Below are positions 24,107 to 37,735 of a stretch of DNA of 63,882 nt, piece after piece. The position numbers and the translations under genes are program-made. A model generated the notes under the pieces. It was not told the DNA's origin. It searched no databases and worked only from the letters and a program-made list of their open reading frames with translations. Location: assembly GCF_016433145.1 (NCBI RefSeq), contig NC_058132.1, positions 132,867,805-132,931,686 on the forward strand, given 5' to 3'. The stretch comes from Gracilinanus agilis (taxonomy: Eukaryota). The first letter of the stretch is position 1; each line of letters opens with the position of its first letter.

Positions 24107-25553
24107 GTAAGAGGGAAACAAGGTTATTTAAACAGCCCTAGCTCACATTGTAGCCATCCTTTAACGGAAATAACTCTTCAATCCGTTAAAACTATCATTT
24201 GATCATCAAACGCGGTTTTGTTCTCCCAATAAAACAAAAAGGCAGTGTTTAGACTCTCTGAAGGATCCATCTGACTGAAAGGAGAAAACAGGCATAATGT
24301 TTGTTATCTTTCAGTGGCCCTGTGTGTGCAGAGGTTAGACAGAAAACCCTGAGGAAAGAGCATTCGAGAAGAATGAGATGCATGCAGGGTTAGGGCTGTT
24401 TCCTCATAGTGCTGTAGGTTACAGGGCAAAAATGTGGAGTTCTCCAGTATTTTCATATTTGTCTTAAAGTTTCTACATGATCTTGGGCAAAGAAATAAAT
24501 GTCCATTTGCCATTCATTAACATCACAGGAGTTCGGAATAGCAAAGGGACTTCAAAAGTCACACCTTAAAGCCTGATCCTCTTTTCAACATGCCCAATAC
24601 ATGGTCAACCAGCTTCCCCTTAAAGGAGCTCATGAGATAAGGGAACTCACTACCTTCAGCTGTTCAACTGTGGGGGTAGGTCTAACATTAGGAAATTTTT
24701 ATTTTCTTCCTATAGCAAGCCTTAATTTGTCTCTCATAATTTGTACCCATTGCTTCAAAAACAAGCCTAATCCTTCTTTCACTGAATAATCCAATTTTTA
24801 GGTGAAGATGGCCATTGAGTCGCCCCTTAAGAATTCTCTGTTCTTCTCTTGCTACAAACTCATCAGTAGAGTTTTCATGATTCTGACTTTTTTGAGCTGA
24901 TTATTAAGTTACAACCAAATGTAAATAGTAATGTATAGTAATAAACACACACAAAAAGAGTTACTTAGTAGAAACCATAACAGCCCAAGTAACAATCTAA
25001 AACTATGTTATAGAGTAGTTGCTAGTCTGCATCAGTGGAGGAGGAAGTTTCCGCACCAGGAGATCCAGATCTGAAGCAAGCAAACAAGCATATAAACTAA
25101 CCATTATAAAGCACATTATAGTAGAAAGAACACTAAGCTGGAAATCAGAAACCTCAGTTTCCTCATATGTAGAGTGAGTATAAGAATAGAACCCATCTCA
25201 CAGGATTATTATGAGAATGTTATACTAGCTCAAATGAGATAGCATATGCTAAAGGATTTTTGCATACCATAAAGCTCTATAAAAAACAAACAACACAACT
25301 AGCTTTATTCTCAGAGGCAGCTATCTGGATAGAGAGCTTTAATCCACAATCAGAAACACCTGATTTTGAATTTGACCTGAGACACACTTTCTAATTGTGT
25401 GAATTTGGACAAGTCGTTTAGCCTCTGTCTAGCTCAGTTTCTTCTTCTTCGTGCACATAATAATAGCCCTTAGCATAAAATGAGATTATATTTATAAAGC
25501 ACTTTAAAAGTTTTAACACATTATATAAATGCTAGCTATATTTTTTTATTCCT

Positions 25554-25759
25554 TTAAAAAAAACAACAAAAACACCTTACCTTCTGTCTTAAAATCAATA
25601 CTATGTATTAGTTCCAAGGTGGAAGAATGATAAAGGCTAGGTAATGGGGGTTAAGTGACTTGCCCAGGGTCACACAGCTGGGAAGTGTCTGATGCCAGAT
25701 TTGAACCTAGGACTTCCCTAGGCCTGGCTCTCAATCCACTGAGCCACCCAGCTGCCCCC
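25554..25759 (-). mobile_element. SINE1_Mdo
   Basis: Antisense consensus; TSD atttttttattcct. Confidence 0.95.
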
Positions 25760-26499
25760 TATTTTTTTATTCCTAAAAAAGGTATTTATGGTGAAATATG
25801 TAAGACCAGTGTTACTTCTCATTGTACATTGTATTATCTGTTAAGTTGGAAAACATTTGACCTAAGCACATCTAAAGGGAGTCATGTCTAAAGCCTGGGT
25901 TTAATCTGGAAGTTCTACTTATATATCATACGGAAGAGAGTATCATATGATCTTAGAAACATGTAAATCTTTTGGCAAATGGCATTAGGTAGTCTTTTTA
26001 TGACAGGAGGAAGAAGGTTTTCTGGATGTTCCAAAGAGTTAAAAACTCTGAAAGGAAATCTTGTTCAATTGAGCTGACATTATCAAGCATTGTATATCAT
26101 ACATGTCATTTACAATTCAATGCAAAGCTATTAATAGGAACTCAGCTGAGTATCTGGAGAATGTTCAAACCAAGCCCAGAACATTCAATGAAATGTAACT
26201 GCCTAGCACCTGTGATACATGACCTTCTATACTTCCTCTCAGCAACCATGGCCATTGAATGATTTGACATTGTCCAGTGCTAATGATACATTTTCCCAGG
26301 TCTTCTTGGCAACTGCTAATTTGATTTAGTCTCTAATTTTCTGTTTTCGTTGGATACCGAGATCATATTGGAAGCCTCAGAATTGCACAAGGGAAAGTGG
26401 TAACTTCTTAGAGGAGGAAATTTTGTGAACTATTCTGTCTAAACAATCAGGATAGCTATATCATTGGTCATTGCCCAATTCTGCATTCTTGTTGAAAAG

Positions 26500-26835
26500 A
26501 CATTTCCAAGGAAAGTAGTTCTCTGTCAGGTAGAAAATAACAAGACTTTAGGTAGTCAAGTATGTGACATAGAAGGAACTTCAGAGTCTGGATGCAAATT
26601 GAGTCATCCCATTTTCCACTTTATTTCCTTCATGAGTTTTTTCTTGTATGTGCAATATATGTCTTCTTTCACAACATGGGAAATATGGAAATATATATTG
26701 CATGACAGCACTGGTAAAACCCATATCAGATTGTTTACTATCTCAAGGAGGGAGGAAGTAGAGAATTTGCATCACAAAATATCAGAGAACAATTTCAAAA
26801 ATTGTTTCTATGTGTAATTGAAAAATAATAAAAGG
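26500..26835 (+). mobile_element. L1 3' UTR fragment
   Basis: gtcttctttcacaacatgggaaatatggaaata...tgtttctatgtgtaattgaaaaataataaa. Confidence 0.8.
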
Positions 26836-28009
26836 AATAGACTTTTTAAAAGTATATGACAGAAATGTTCATTTTTCTTTACCATAGAAAAGTCTCTTTC
26901 TTCCAGAAAAAATTTGAAAGTAAGATTACCAAAAAACAAAATGTATGACAATTCAAGAGGAGCCATGATATACTAATGGATCTCTTGGATATATATTTCC
27001 TATGTAAGTTATTTAACTAGCAAGAAGGAATTTTAAGTTCCTCTAATTTAACTCTCTCATTTTACAGTTGAAAAAACTAATGTCCAAAATATCCAAGATG
27101 CTTTCCAAAGGTGATAAAGGCAAGACTGGGATTCAAATCTACACTGACATAGGATTCCTACTTCTATAAATGTAGTCATGAATGAAGACAGAATAAATGG
27201 TTTATTGATTATTTTTCTATAGATGTTTAATAGTTAAAACTTCTCTAATTTTTTTTCCTACTAAAATACAATGCTGGCAAGCTTTAGTGTTTAAACTCAC
27301 TCACAGGCATTGGGATAGTAGAGCTGGTCAAAGTTTTCTATTGCAACACATTCTCTACAGATGTTCTGGAATATGTCCAGATGAGGCTGTCAGGGAAGAA
27401 TAGATTTAGATATTTTTATATATTCTGTCCCAAAAAGTGACTGAATGTCCTAGCATTGAGAAGGAAGCATTGGAATGTAAATCCATTTCCACTAGCTAGT
27501 CACCCAGGTAGAAAAATGAACCAGGCATTCTAAACAAAGAATTCTAAACTAAATAAAGGTTCCCTAAATTTCCCTCTATCAACTTCCCATCTTATAAAAT
27601 GGCTAAATAGTAAAATGTGCTTCAGAGTCAATAGTAGAGTTCAGACTTTTCAAACTTTTCCCCTCTTATTGTGAGCATAGAAGGCAGTATCCACATCAAC
27701 TAGCCCATTCCAAGTTCATGGTTCTTTGACATTTGCTACTAACTTAACCATATGTTGACACTTTGGAGCCATTAAACATGTTGTTCATTCCTGAGCAATC
27801 GGTGTCAAACTGTACTTCCCACAATGAATGTGTATGTGTATGTGTATTTGTGTGCATGTGTGCCTATGCCCTTAAGTTGTTCAGGTTCCCATCTAACTTT
27901 CAGGCTAGATTGTGTGTGACTAACCTGTGATAAAATGAGCCTTCAGGGGATAGAAATTGTGTTTTCCTTTTCCTTGCCCATAGCACCAAATACTGATCTT
28001 ACTGATCTC

Positions 28010-29400
28010 TACACACAGCAGGCAATGAACCAAGAATAACTACAATAAACATGTCTAAGTGCCAGCTATGTGCAAAGGATTCTGCTAGTTGCCAAGGACA
28101 CAAGTCTAAATGACCTCAAGGAGCTTAAAATCTAACCAGAGAGATAATACGAGAGCAGAAACAATTATAATACACGATAACATATAAGTATGTTGGTGAG
28201 GTACAAAATCATGTGGCTTTTGAAGCAAGAGAGCTTACCTTTGAATTGGAATTAAGGAAACACGTGAACCTCTGATTGAACATCTGAACAGAGAACCTTG
28301 AAGGGTGAGAAGGATTTCAATAGGTGAAGAGGGAGACCTACTCCAGTTACTCTGAATGCTGTAAGTAAAAGCAAGGACAATGGAAATTCGATCAAGATGA
28401 GATTGGAGAATAGAAAGTACTTTTTTCTCTCTAGAACAAAGAGGGGGAAACTAGCTAAAAGGTATATGGAAGCCAGATTTGGAAAGGTCTTCAGGGCCAA
28501 TTAAGTAGCTGGGGCAATTTTCCTCACAGCAGTGGGCATCTACCTTGAGGTTTTTAAATGACATAGTACTACATTATTAGGATACTATCACACTAGTGAA
28601 GATGAATAGTCATTTGCACCAGAACTCTTGTGATGGTAACTGTGGGAGAAGGGGATGGGATGGACACAGAAGATAACATGGATATAAAACTGGTACATAT
28701 ATAAGGGGCAATTTGGGGGATAGTATAGTCACTTAGTGGATAGAAGTATGAACTCAAAGTCAGCTGAGTTCAGGTTTCACTTTTGGCACTTATCAACTGG
28801 TTGTACATATCTTTTTTTAAGAATGAAAAAAATTAATTACAACTCTCAGATTTCTGAGCCTCATTAATAGGAAGAATTCATGGTAACATAAATAGAAATA
28901 AGGAAGTAAGGAAACAGAGTAACTTTCAGTAGGGAAAGATGTTAGACATGTACAGTATGAATACTGATTGGACAGTGAGGTGAATATGTTCATCAGGCAG
29001 CTGGAAATATGGGACCAGAAGTTGGGGTTGGAGACTAGGTTTGAGAGTCATCCATATAGTGGTTATCACTGCAGGTATGGAGTTGAATGATACAAAGGGG
29101 GAAATACAGATAAAATAGGAGTGGGAAAATGGGGGGAAAGAGCAATTGTACACATTTTGGAAAGGGGTGAGGTAAAAGGAATACTGGAAAGAAAAAAGAA
29201 GTCGCCAGGGACTCAGCATGAAAACCAAAATACATAGAGTGCCACTAAAATGAAAGAAAAGAAAATATCAAGAAAAGAGTGCTCGATAGGTTCAAAAATA
29301 CAGAAGAGAGGCAGGATAGAAGATTTGGAAAGATAATTAGATATGGTAAATAGAAAATTTGGAGTATCTTTAAAGTCATTCAAGTAGAATGAGATTTTAT
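28010..29400 (-). mobile_element. L2 fragments
   Basis: gtctaagtgccagctatgtgcaaagg...cctcaaggagcttaaaatcta, then the antisense L2 body. Confidence 0.75.
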
Positions 29401-29428
29401 ATAGAGAGACAGATCTCTAGACACATCA

Positions 29429-29506
<78 letters not shown>

Positions 29507-29517
29507 GGATGGATAGA
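29429..29517. repeat. (GATA)n microsatellite
   Basis: About 20 GATA units with a short GGAT interruption. Confidence 0.98.
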
Positions 29518-29715
29518 TCGTGAAGGGAGGGTACCTCCAACACCATTTACTCTAACCTGCTCATTTTATAGATGAGGAAACTCAAGAAATTTAAATTACT
29601 TGCCCAAGGTTGCTTGAGAGATAATAGTCAGGTATGAAATTTGAACCTAAGTCCTCTGTCACCAGGACCGTTGTCCTATTCACTACCACCTTGTCTCCTT
29701 AATAGTGGAAACAGA

Positions 29716-29911
29716 GGGGGCAGCTGGGTAGCTCAGTGGATTGAGAACCAGGCCTAGAGATGGGAGGTCCTAGGTTCAAATCTGGCCTCAGACACTTCCC
29801 AGCTGTGTGACCCTGGGCAAGTCACTTGATCTCCATTGCCTACCCTTACCATTCTTCTGCCTTGGAGCCAATACAAAATATTGACTCCAAGACGGAAGTT
29901 AAGGGTTAAAA
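29716..29911 (+). mobile_element. SINE1_Mdo
   Basis: Full consensus; TSD aatagtggaaaca. Confidence 0.97.
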
Positions 29912-30459
29912 AATAGTGGAAACAAAAATCTGAACCCCTGCATAAGTGGTAAGGAAGTGAAGGTGATCATTTAAGAAATTTATGAAGAAAGGGGAATGGA
30001 GAGAGTTGGGAACAGATAGCTTGAGCTGGATAAAAACATAAAGGACAAACTATATTTGGTCATACTCTGCAGGGATATATTTCAGAATGGCTGAGCAATA
30101 TATTGGTTCAGAAAAATTCCATATGAATTTTTTATGATTTCTGGCCTGACTGTACTTCATCAATTGGCTTTTCTGTTCCTTTGTGCCCTGTGGAATGGTC
30201 ATTCTACTACTAATATACTGACATTTGTTTTAACCTTTTTCTTTCCATCTCATCGAAATCAGGAAAAAACTAGCTCCCAGTAGAAAACATTTCCTCTCTA
30301 TCAATCTTCACTGGTGCCAGTTTTACCTTTTGTCATGTTCTTCACACAAGCCAGGAGCAGGTATGCTCCTTGGTTTTTGCCATTCTCAGACCTTGTTCAT
30401 TAATCAACTTTTCTTCTTTTGAATTACTCTCTTCTCTAGGTCAAAGGGGTGGGAGTGGG

Positions 30460-30476
30460 GAGAGAGAGAGAGAGAA

Positions 30477-30516
<40 letters not shown>
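30460..30516. repeat. Compound (GA)n(GACA)n microsatellite
   Basis: Seen directly. Confidence 0.97.
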
Positions 30517-30517
<1 letters not shown>

Positions 30518-30519
30518 TA

Positions 30520-31690
30520 TCTTCCCAATCCTGGTGGCAATTTTTGTAGGGACTTCAAAATACCATACCCCACTTATGTCCTCCCGTAGTCTTTTGATTT
30601 CCAGTCCATCAGCCTCCTGAAGTCCTATGATCTTTGTCTTCAAAGTACTTATACCATATGCAGGAACAGTTATAACCTTAATTTCATCATCAACCGTAAG
30701 TGTTCCACATCTAACAAACAGAACTCAGATATTCCTCTTTCTGAGTATAGCTTCCTATCTTCCCACTTCTCCCTGTACCTAACCACCTCTGAAACCCATT
30801 TTCACCTACACATAATTTCCAGTTACTCCTTTCCTCTCTCCTTTTCCTGTGAATCACCCTTGATCTGTTTTCATTTATTTCCTTCCAAAATCTTGACTAC
30901 TGACTTAACTAATTTAAATGTAATGCTGTCCATTATTTCTTCCCCTTCAAATTCCAACTCTAGAAGGCTCCTACCTTACTCTACTTCGCCTTCTAAATCC
31001 CATCTTTTTTAACACTGGTAGAGGAAGTCATGCAGCTTTGTCAACTGTTTGTTTAGTTGTTTCAGTCATGCCCAACTCTTCAAGACACAATTTGGATTTT
31101 TCTTGAAAAGCTACTGGAATGGTCTGCCACTTCCTTCTCCAGCTCATTTTACAAATAAGGAATCTGAGGCAAAGTGACTTGCCTAGGGTCACATGGCTAG
31201 TAAATGTCCGAGACCAGATTTAAACTCTGGAAGATGGATCTTCTTGACTCCAAGTCTAGCACTCTATCTACCAAACCACCTAGCTGCCCTGTTGAGTAAG
31301 TCTATTACAAATTATCTATTTAATCTTAGCTTGGTCTTCACTGTACCACACCAATCCATTTAATCTTCTTGGATTGATTCTTCATTGAATTCCTCACAGC
31401 ATCTTTTCCAAATCACCCCTATTCTCCTTAAGTATATACTTACATTACATTTCTCCATCACTCACAGGAAAAGACTGGCTTTATACTTTGCTTAAAATGC
31501 TGAGGTCTTTTATCAAATGCTCTTTTCTCCTCATTTTTACACGTGAGTCTCCTTACCATCATCCTTTATGCTCTCTTCCTTTGTTCCACTCTTAGAGGAA
31601 AAGGTAGTACTCCTTATCAGCAACAAACTATCATCTCCTTCTGCCTTCTTTCCTAACTCTTCCATTCTGAGATAGCTTTATAACACCATC
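30520..31690 (+). mobile_element. L2 internal fragment interrupted by MAR1
   Basis: Pyrimidine-rich L2 ORF2 remnants (accttaatttcatcatc, actggtagaggaagtcatgcagc, gctgaggtc). Confidence 0.65.
31046..31289 (-). mobile_element. MAR1 CORE-SINE
   Basis: RTE-type tail (gttgtttcagtcatgcccaactct...ctactggaatggtctgccacttccttctcc) joined to CORE. Confidence 0.85.
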
Positions 31691-33334
31691 GGCAAACTCT
31701 TTAATCTCTCTGAGCTTCAGTTAGTCCATCTGCAAAATGGAAATATATTGAATTTACTTCAGGGCATTGTTGTAAGGCTCAAATTTTATTAATCAAGTAC
31801 TGTGTGAAAATTGCAGCACTACTTTGTATGAAGAGATCATTTTATGTAGAGATCTATGGTTATAGAACAATTTAGAAATATCTTTCTATTTCATAAAAAC
31901 CTTGTGAAAGAGGAAATACAAGAACTTGTCCCCATTTTGCAGATAAGGAAAGTGAGAATCACAGTGATTAAATGACTTGCCTGAGTTTTGCATTTAGTAG
32001 GCATCAGAACTGAGACTAACCTAGGTCTTCCCACTCTGTTGAAAGTTCTTTCCATCATTGCTACCTTTCTTTCCAGGTGCACTAAACTATAAGAGGCAAC
32101 TGTGGGTCAGTGGTTGGATACTAGGCCTGGAGTCAAAAAGATTTGAGTTCAAATGCAGCCTTAGACACTTCCCAGCTGTGTGATCTTGGGCAAGTCACTT
32201 AACCTAAAAGTAAGACTGAACAACAACACACTAAAATGTCCTAGGTGATCATCAGAAACGTGTAGGACTGTATATCTCATGCTTATACTGGAAAGTGAAT
32301 AAGAGCTACATCCTTCTGATTTCATAAAGACAGTTATTTGTTTGATGCACACTCTCTCGGTACTGATAATCTGCTGATCTCTTCATAAAGCATGCTGGAA
32401 TGATAGCAACAGCTTTGACTCTCCTAGACAAGGCAAAGAAAAAAACATAAACAAATAGGCATATTTATATCTCAACTGATTCATAACGAATGCCAAGCAA
32501 ATTGCCTGTCTCTGCTAGGAAAGGGAGATAGGGATCAGTCTACCTTGGGAGCCTGGCATTGTACCGTCTCAGCAGTGAAACAAAGCTAGGAAGGTTTAAT
32601 AAAGGAGGGACATTCCTCTCTTGCATCTGCTGTACACCAGCCAAATGAGGCTTGTGAGAGAGAGTGGAGAATGGCTAGGCTGTAGGATTCACAGATTCAT
32701 GGTGAGGAATGCCTGAGTGAAAAACTGAGTTGTACTTTTTGTTTCAGCATGTTGCTAAGGCCCATCTTAGATCATGGTGGGTGAGAGAAAATTCTATGAT
32801 CCTGGCTCCCCCACCAAAAAAAAATAATTTTCTTCTTTTTCTCCCTACCCTTGAGAAAGGGTCCTTGGGAAAGCCAAAAAAAAAAAAAATAAAAAAGCAT
32901 GTAGGTCACAAAAAGATGGGTAGATTATGGATCAAAGTATTAAAGAGCTGTCCAAAACAAAACAATGAAATCTTGTCGAGTGGCTAGTCTGAATCTTTGA
33001 TGCAGGGTTACAGATTGCAGGTGGAATTGAATATGCTGTGGAGGCAGCAAACCAATTTGCAATAAATATTAGCAAATTTACCTTTCTCTAAGCTCAGGAG
33101 GAATTTGGGAAAGGAGAAAAGAAGAGAAGAAAGGGGCCAACGCTTGAAGAAGAAGAAAGAAAAAGGAGAGGGGGGTGAATGTTGGAACAAATCTCAGGAC
33201 TCATGAAAGCAAGTAGATTATAAGCCAAGTTTGAGGATGGTATGGAATGAGAAGAAGTGTGACTCAAGGATTAATAAGAATTAGAGATTCAAGGGCTAAA
33301 ATTTTCAACTTAAACCTACAGCTGCTGCACTCAC

Positions 33335-33424
33335 TTGTGGAACTCTGAAAAGGTCACCTCATTCCTCTGCTCCCCAAAAGCCACTCCTAAGAAGCAGGCC
33401 ATAAGAACTTGTCTCATGGAGTTC
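33335..33424 (-). other. Candidate 90-nt exon, open in one frame
   Basis: Minus strand: ttttattagctcttttcctcag|GAAC...CACAA|gtgagt. Symmetric phase 2; peptide NSMRQVLMACFLGVAFGEQRNEVTFSEFH, not recognised. Confidence 0.35.
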
Positions 33425-34051
33425 CTGAGGAAAAGAGCTAATAAAAGCAACTGTGAAGCCTGTTGCAAATATCCAGCAGTTGTATAAATGGGAAGGGATA
33501 AACAAGACCCCAATTCCAGGCCCATCTAATAAAATGAAAGACTTTCATTTTCTGAAGCCCTATTTGTGACTCTTCTTCATCATTTACAACCAAGTGAGAT
33601 GGATCCCATACTAGTTATCTGAGAACCTTTGCAAAACTCCCAAGCTTGTTGCCACATTAAAGGCAAGTTAAAGATTTACAAAGTAAGATAACATTTCTGA
33701 AAGAATGGGGCCAATGACAGAAGCAATGAGACAGTATTGATTTTTCAGCCACAATTCCCTTGTTCTCTTCAGGGTTCAGAAAGCCATTTAAAAAGGTAGC
33801 TGAATTTCCTTTTCTTTCTCCATTTCTATTCCTTCATGAGTTTGAAAGCTTTGGGGAAAATCAACTCCTCACTATTTTTTTCTATAAACCTAACTTCATC
33901 TTGTTACTTGCCTGTCTTTTGTAAAATTTAAAGTAGATAGAAGGTAGAAACAGCAGGATTCCTCCAAGATATACATGAATTTGTTTCTAGGCTTTTGATG
34001 AGTAAAATTCCTATCTTAAAAGGCACCTTGTCATTTCAATAAATATCATTG

Positions 34052-34109
34052 AAGCCATGCTCTAAATTTGACCATAACTTAAGCCATGCTCTAAATTTGA
34101 CCATAACTT
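34052..34109. repeat. Perfect 29-bp tandem duplication
   Basis: aagccatgctctaaatttgaccataactt occurs twice, head to tail. Confidence 0.97.
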
Positions 34110-34436
34110 GGACTGTCCTTGTTTTAAGGATGACCAAGAGCTCTATTTTCCTTTCTAAACAAGCCTCCATGGAAGTGCATCTATAGGAAAGAGCAGAAAT
34201 AGAAAATATGGTTATTAAAGTGAAAAACATTTACAATTCTAATCATTAGCCAAGATCCCAGCTGCCATATCTCTTCAGCTTAGGCACACAACACTCATTA
34301 GTGTAAGCCTAAGGGAGGCCCTTGGACAGAGCCATAATTAGGAATTTTTGCAGAACAAGAACTTCAAACTGTATCCAGGTAAGTAGTACAAATAATATCC
34401 TAGTTTGGGGATAAGGGTTGGGGTATAAGAATACCC

Positions 34437-34970
34437 TGTGAAAGATACAGAATATGTGGTACCACCATAAGACCATGGAAAGAGAAATAGGGTTATTCTG
34501 CTAATTATTTGACTAACTATTCTGCTAACCAGGTGTTAAGCTCTATCATTTCTATGCTACTAAAGATACACGAGTAGAACCATAATCCTCTAAATTCAGT
34601 GCCTCTAACTTTGGCATTTGGGGAAAATATCCCAGTTACCATGTTCTAGTTATGATTATGTCCCGAAACTAACATATTCCTACACAAGGGAGTGTTAAGG
34701 ATCCAGACCTGTCATTCAGTTGGCTCACCATTATTGCCTTTGCTGCCATTCATGCCATGTTTGAATCCCATTTCTGGAAGCTGGACTCTTGCTTTGTTCA
34801 TGTGGACTAAATTCCCTACTTCATAACTCATTCTCAATAAAATGTCCTTGAATCTTATTTACCTGTAGTTAAGTCTCTGCTTTGAGACTCTCGTATTTCG
34901 TTTCCTCCATTCTTGGTTCCTTGCTCTTATACTGCCTATTTCTGGCCTGCATCTTCCCCTGTATTCAACA
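34437..34970 (+). mobile_element. Probable solo LTR
   Basis: TG...CA ends (tgtgaaag...ttcaaca), aataaa at about 34835 and a pyrimidine-rich U5-like tail; no clear TSD. Confidence 0.5.
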
Positions 34971-35030
34971 TCAGAATTTATCTGAATATGTACTTATCAC
35001 CAAACTACTCTGCTAAAATGGACAACTCTT

Positions 35031-35754
35031 TTTTTATTTTTTATTTATTATATTTTAACTTTTAATTAATTAATTAATTTTGAATATTTTTCCATGGTTA
35101 CAAGATTCATATTCTTTCCCTCCCCTTCCCCACAAGCCCCTCCTGATGCACAATTCCACTGGGTTTTATGTGTGTCATTAATCAAGACTTATTTCCATAT
35201 TATTGACATTTGCACTAGGATGATCATTTAGAGTCAATATCCCCAATCATATCTCCATCAGCTCATGTGATCAAGCAGTTGTTTTTCTTCTGTGTTTCTA
35301 CTCCCACAATTCTTTCTCTGGATGTGGAAAGTGTTCTTTCTCATAAGTCCCTCAAAATTGTCCTGGATTTGCATTGCTGCTAGTAGAGAAGTCCATTACA
35401 TTCAATTGTACCACAGTATATCAGTCTCTGTGGGTAACGTCCTCCTGGTTCTGCTCATTTCACTCTGCATCAACTCCTGGAGGTCGTTCCAGTTCACATG
35501 GAATTCCTCCAGTTCATTATTCCTTTGAGCACAATAGTATTCTATCACCAACAGATAACACAATTTGTTCAGCCATTTCCAAATTAAAGTTCATACCCTC
35601 ATTTTCCAATTTTTTGCCACCACAAAGAGTATGGCTATAAATATTGTTGTGCAAGTCTTTTTTCTTATGATCTCTTTGGGGTATATAAATCCAGCAGTGG
35701 TATGGCTGGATCAAAGGGTAAGCATTCTTTTAGCGCCCTTTGGGCATAGTTAAT
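35031..35754 (-). mobile_element. L1 3' end, 5' truncated
   Basis: L1 3' UTR plus ORF2 end; TSD atggacaactctt / atggacatctctt. Confidence 0.93.
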
Positions 35755-36549
35755 ATGGACATCTCTTGACACCCTTCAGCAGAAACATTGTGGTATAGTG
35801 GAAAGAGTATTAGATTCAGTCTCAATGGGCCTGGGTTCAAATCTTTTGACCTCTGCCACTTATTGTATGACTTTGAGCATGCTACTTCACTTTGTAAGTA
35901 AGTGAGTGAGATTAAATGAAGTAACTACCTTCCAGTTTGCCAATAACCCTCTTGGTCCTCCTTGATATCAACTTCTGACACCTAGATTTTCATCAATTGA
36001 TTGCTGCTATATTCTCTACATAGACATTTTGCCTTTCTATCTTGGGACCTTTTTGATCACTTGTCCCATCTTGGTGATTCTCTCTGGTATCTGGTCCAAA
36101 ACAATCCAAAACCTGACCTGGAAGATTTCCCATCGAGTATAACCTATCCTAAAAATTCTAAATGGTAACAATAAGAGATGTTGATTTAGATGTTAGTAAC
36201 TTAATGTTGTCAATTCTCTAAGTATTTCTTAAAGCAAATTGTTGCTTTCATCAATGAGTATTTTTATAGAAATTTAACAATAACAATAACAATTAGCATT
36301 CATATAACCTTTAAAATTTGCAAAGTGCTTTACATGTATTATTTCATTTGATTCTCACAACAATCCTGTGAAATAGGTGCTATTGTTAACCCTTATTACA
36401 GACAAAGGAATTGAGACTTACAGTGCCTGAATGACTTGCCAGGGTTACACGTAAAGTAAATGTCTGAGGCTGGATTTGAAATCAGTCTTCCTGACTTTGG
36501 GTCCAGTGCTCTAGCTATTTTTGCACTCTAATTTTCCTAGTCTAAATTT

Positions 36550-36905
36550 ATTTTTGTTAGGATTTAGTTTCTTTTTTAATTTAATTTAATTTTTCTTGTC
36601 TTGCAAAACATACTTCCATTTTGGTCACTGTTGTAAGAGAACACTCACACATAACCAAAACCCCAAAATAAACCACAAATATGCTGATATGAAAGACAAC
36701 TCCAATAGTTCTTTCTCTGGAGAAGAATAGGATTTCCTCATAAGTCTTTCAAGATTGTCCCAGATCATTGCTTTGTTGAGTATAGCCAAGTTTTCACAAA
36801 TAATCATCATACAATATTGCTGTTACTATATGCAATGTTCTCCCAGTTCTACTTATATCACTCTGCATCAGTTCCTGCAAATCTTAACAGTTTTTTCTGA
36901 AATCA
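36550..36905 (-). mobile_element. Older L1 3' fragment
   Basis: cataaccaaaaccccaaaataaacc...gttctcccagttctacttatatcactctgcatcagttc. Confidence 0.8.
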
Positions 36906-37379
36906 TTTTGCTTATAGGATTTAGCTTCATAAAACAGGGTGAAGCCCCTGCAATGAATAAGGAGTTAGATTTGGAACCAGCCTTTAACATATACTTACCT
37001 TGGGTTCTTCGGCTACCAGTTTACCTTGTTCCAATTATTTGTTTAAATCTCACTTATGGGAGAAGTGTAAATGCGAATTTGAGAAGGTAGGAGACAGAAT
37101 GTACAGTTTATGTAATGTTTGGATAGACCATAGACCATATGAAATTTAAAAGGGAGCTTGGAATAAGATTGTGAAGAACTTTAAAACACAAGTTGAAGAA
37201 CATTTTTTTTATCCTAGAAAAATTAGGGAGTCATTAAAGGCTTTTGAGTAAAAGTGACATGATCAGACTTATACCTTATACTGATTATTTTGCCAATTAT
37301 GTAGACAATGAGTTAGAGATAAAAAATACTATTTGAGTGTTTGAGTTAAAAAATACTAAATAAAATCTCATTTTTTATG

Positions 37380-37735
37380 AACTATAACAATGCACTGAGC
37401 TTTTGTTTAAAGGTCTCTAGTAAAGGGGGAAACCTAAGAGTGTTCTAACTTTTTTGGAGGGGTGAGGCAGAAAGGCTTCTCTCTTGCTCATATTTATCAT
37501 ACATGATTTATATTTAGCTTTCATTAAAACATGTGACCCAATCCTGACAGAGGTGATGGATTTAAGAGGCAGAATGAAACACGTTTTTGGATGTGGCCAA
37601 TGTAGGGATTTATTTTGCTTGGCTATGCTTATTTCTTACAAAGGTTTTGTTTTTCTTTTTCATCACCACAACCACCAACATGGTGGGGAAGTAGGGAGGA
37701 GAAAAAATAAATTCTTTTTAATTGGGGAAAAAAAT
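37380..37735 (+). mobile_element. Old L1 3' UTR fragment
   Basis: acatgtgacccaatcctgacagaggtgatggatttaagaggcagaatg...gggagaaaaaataaatt. Confidence 0.7.
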
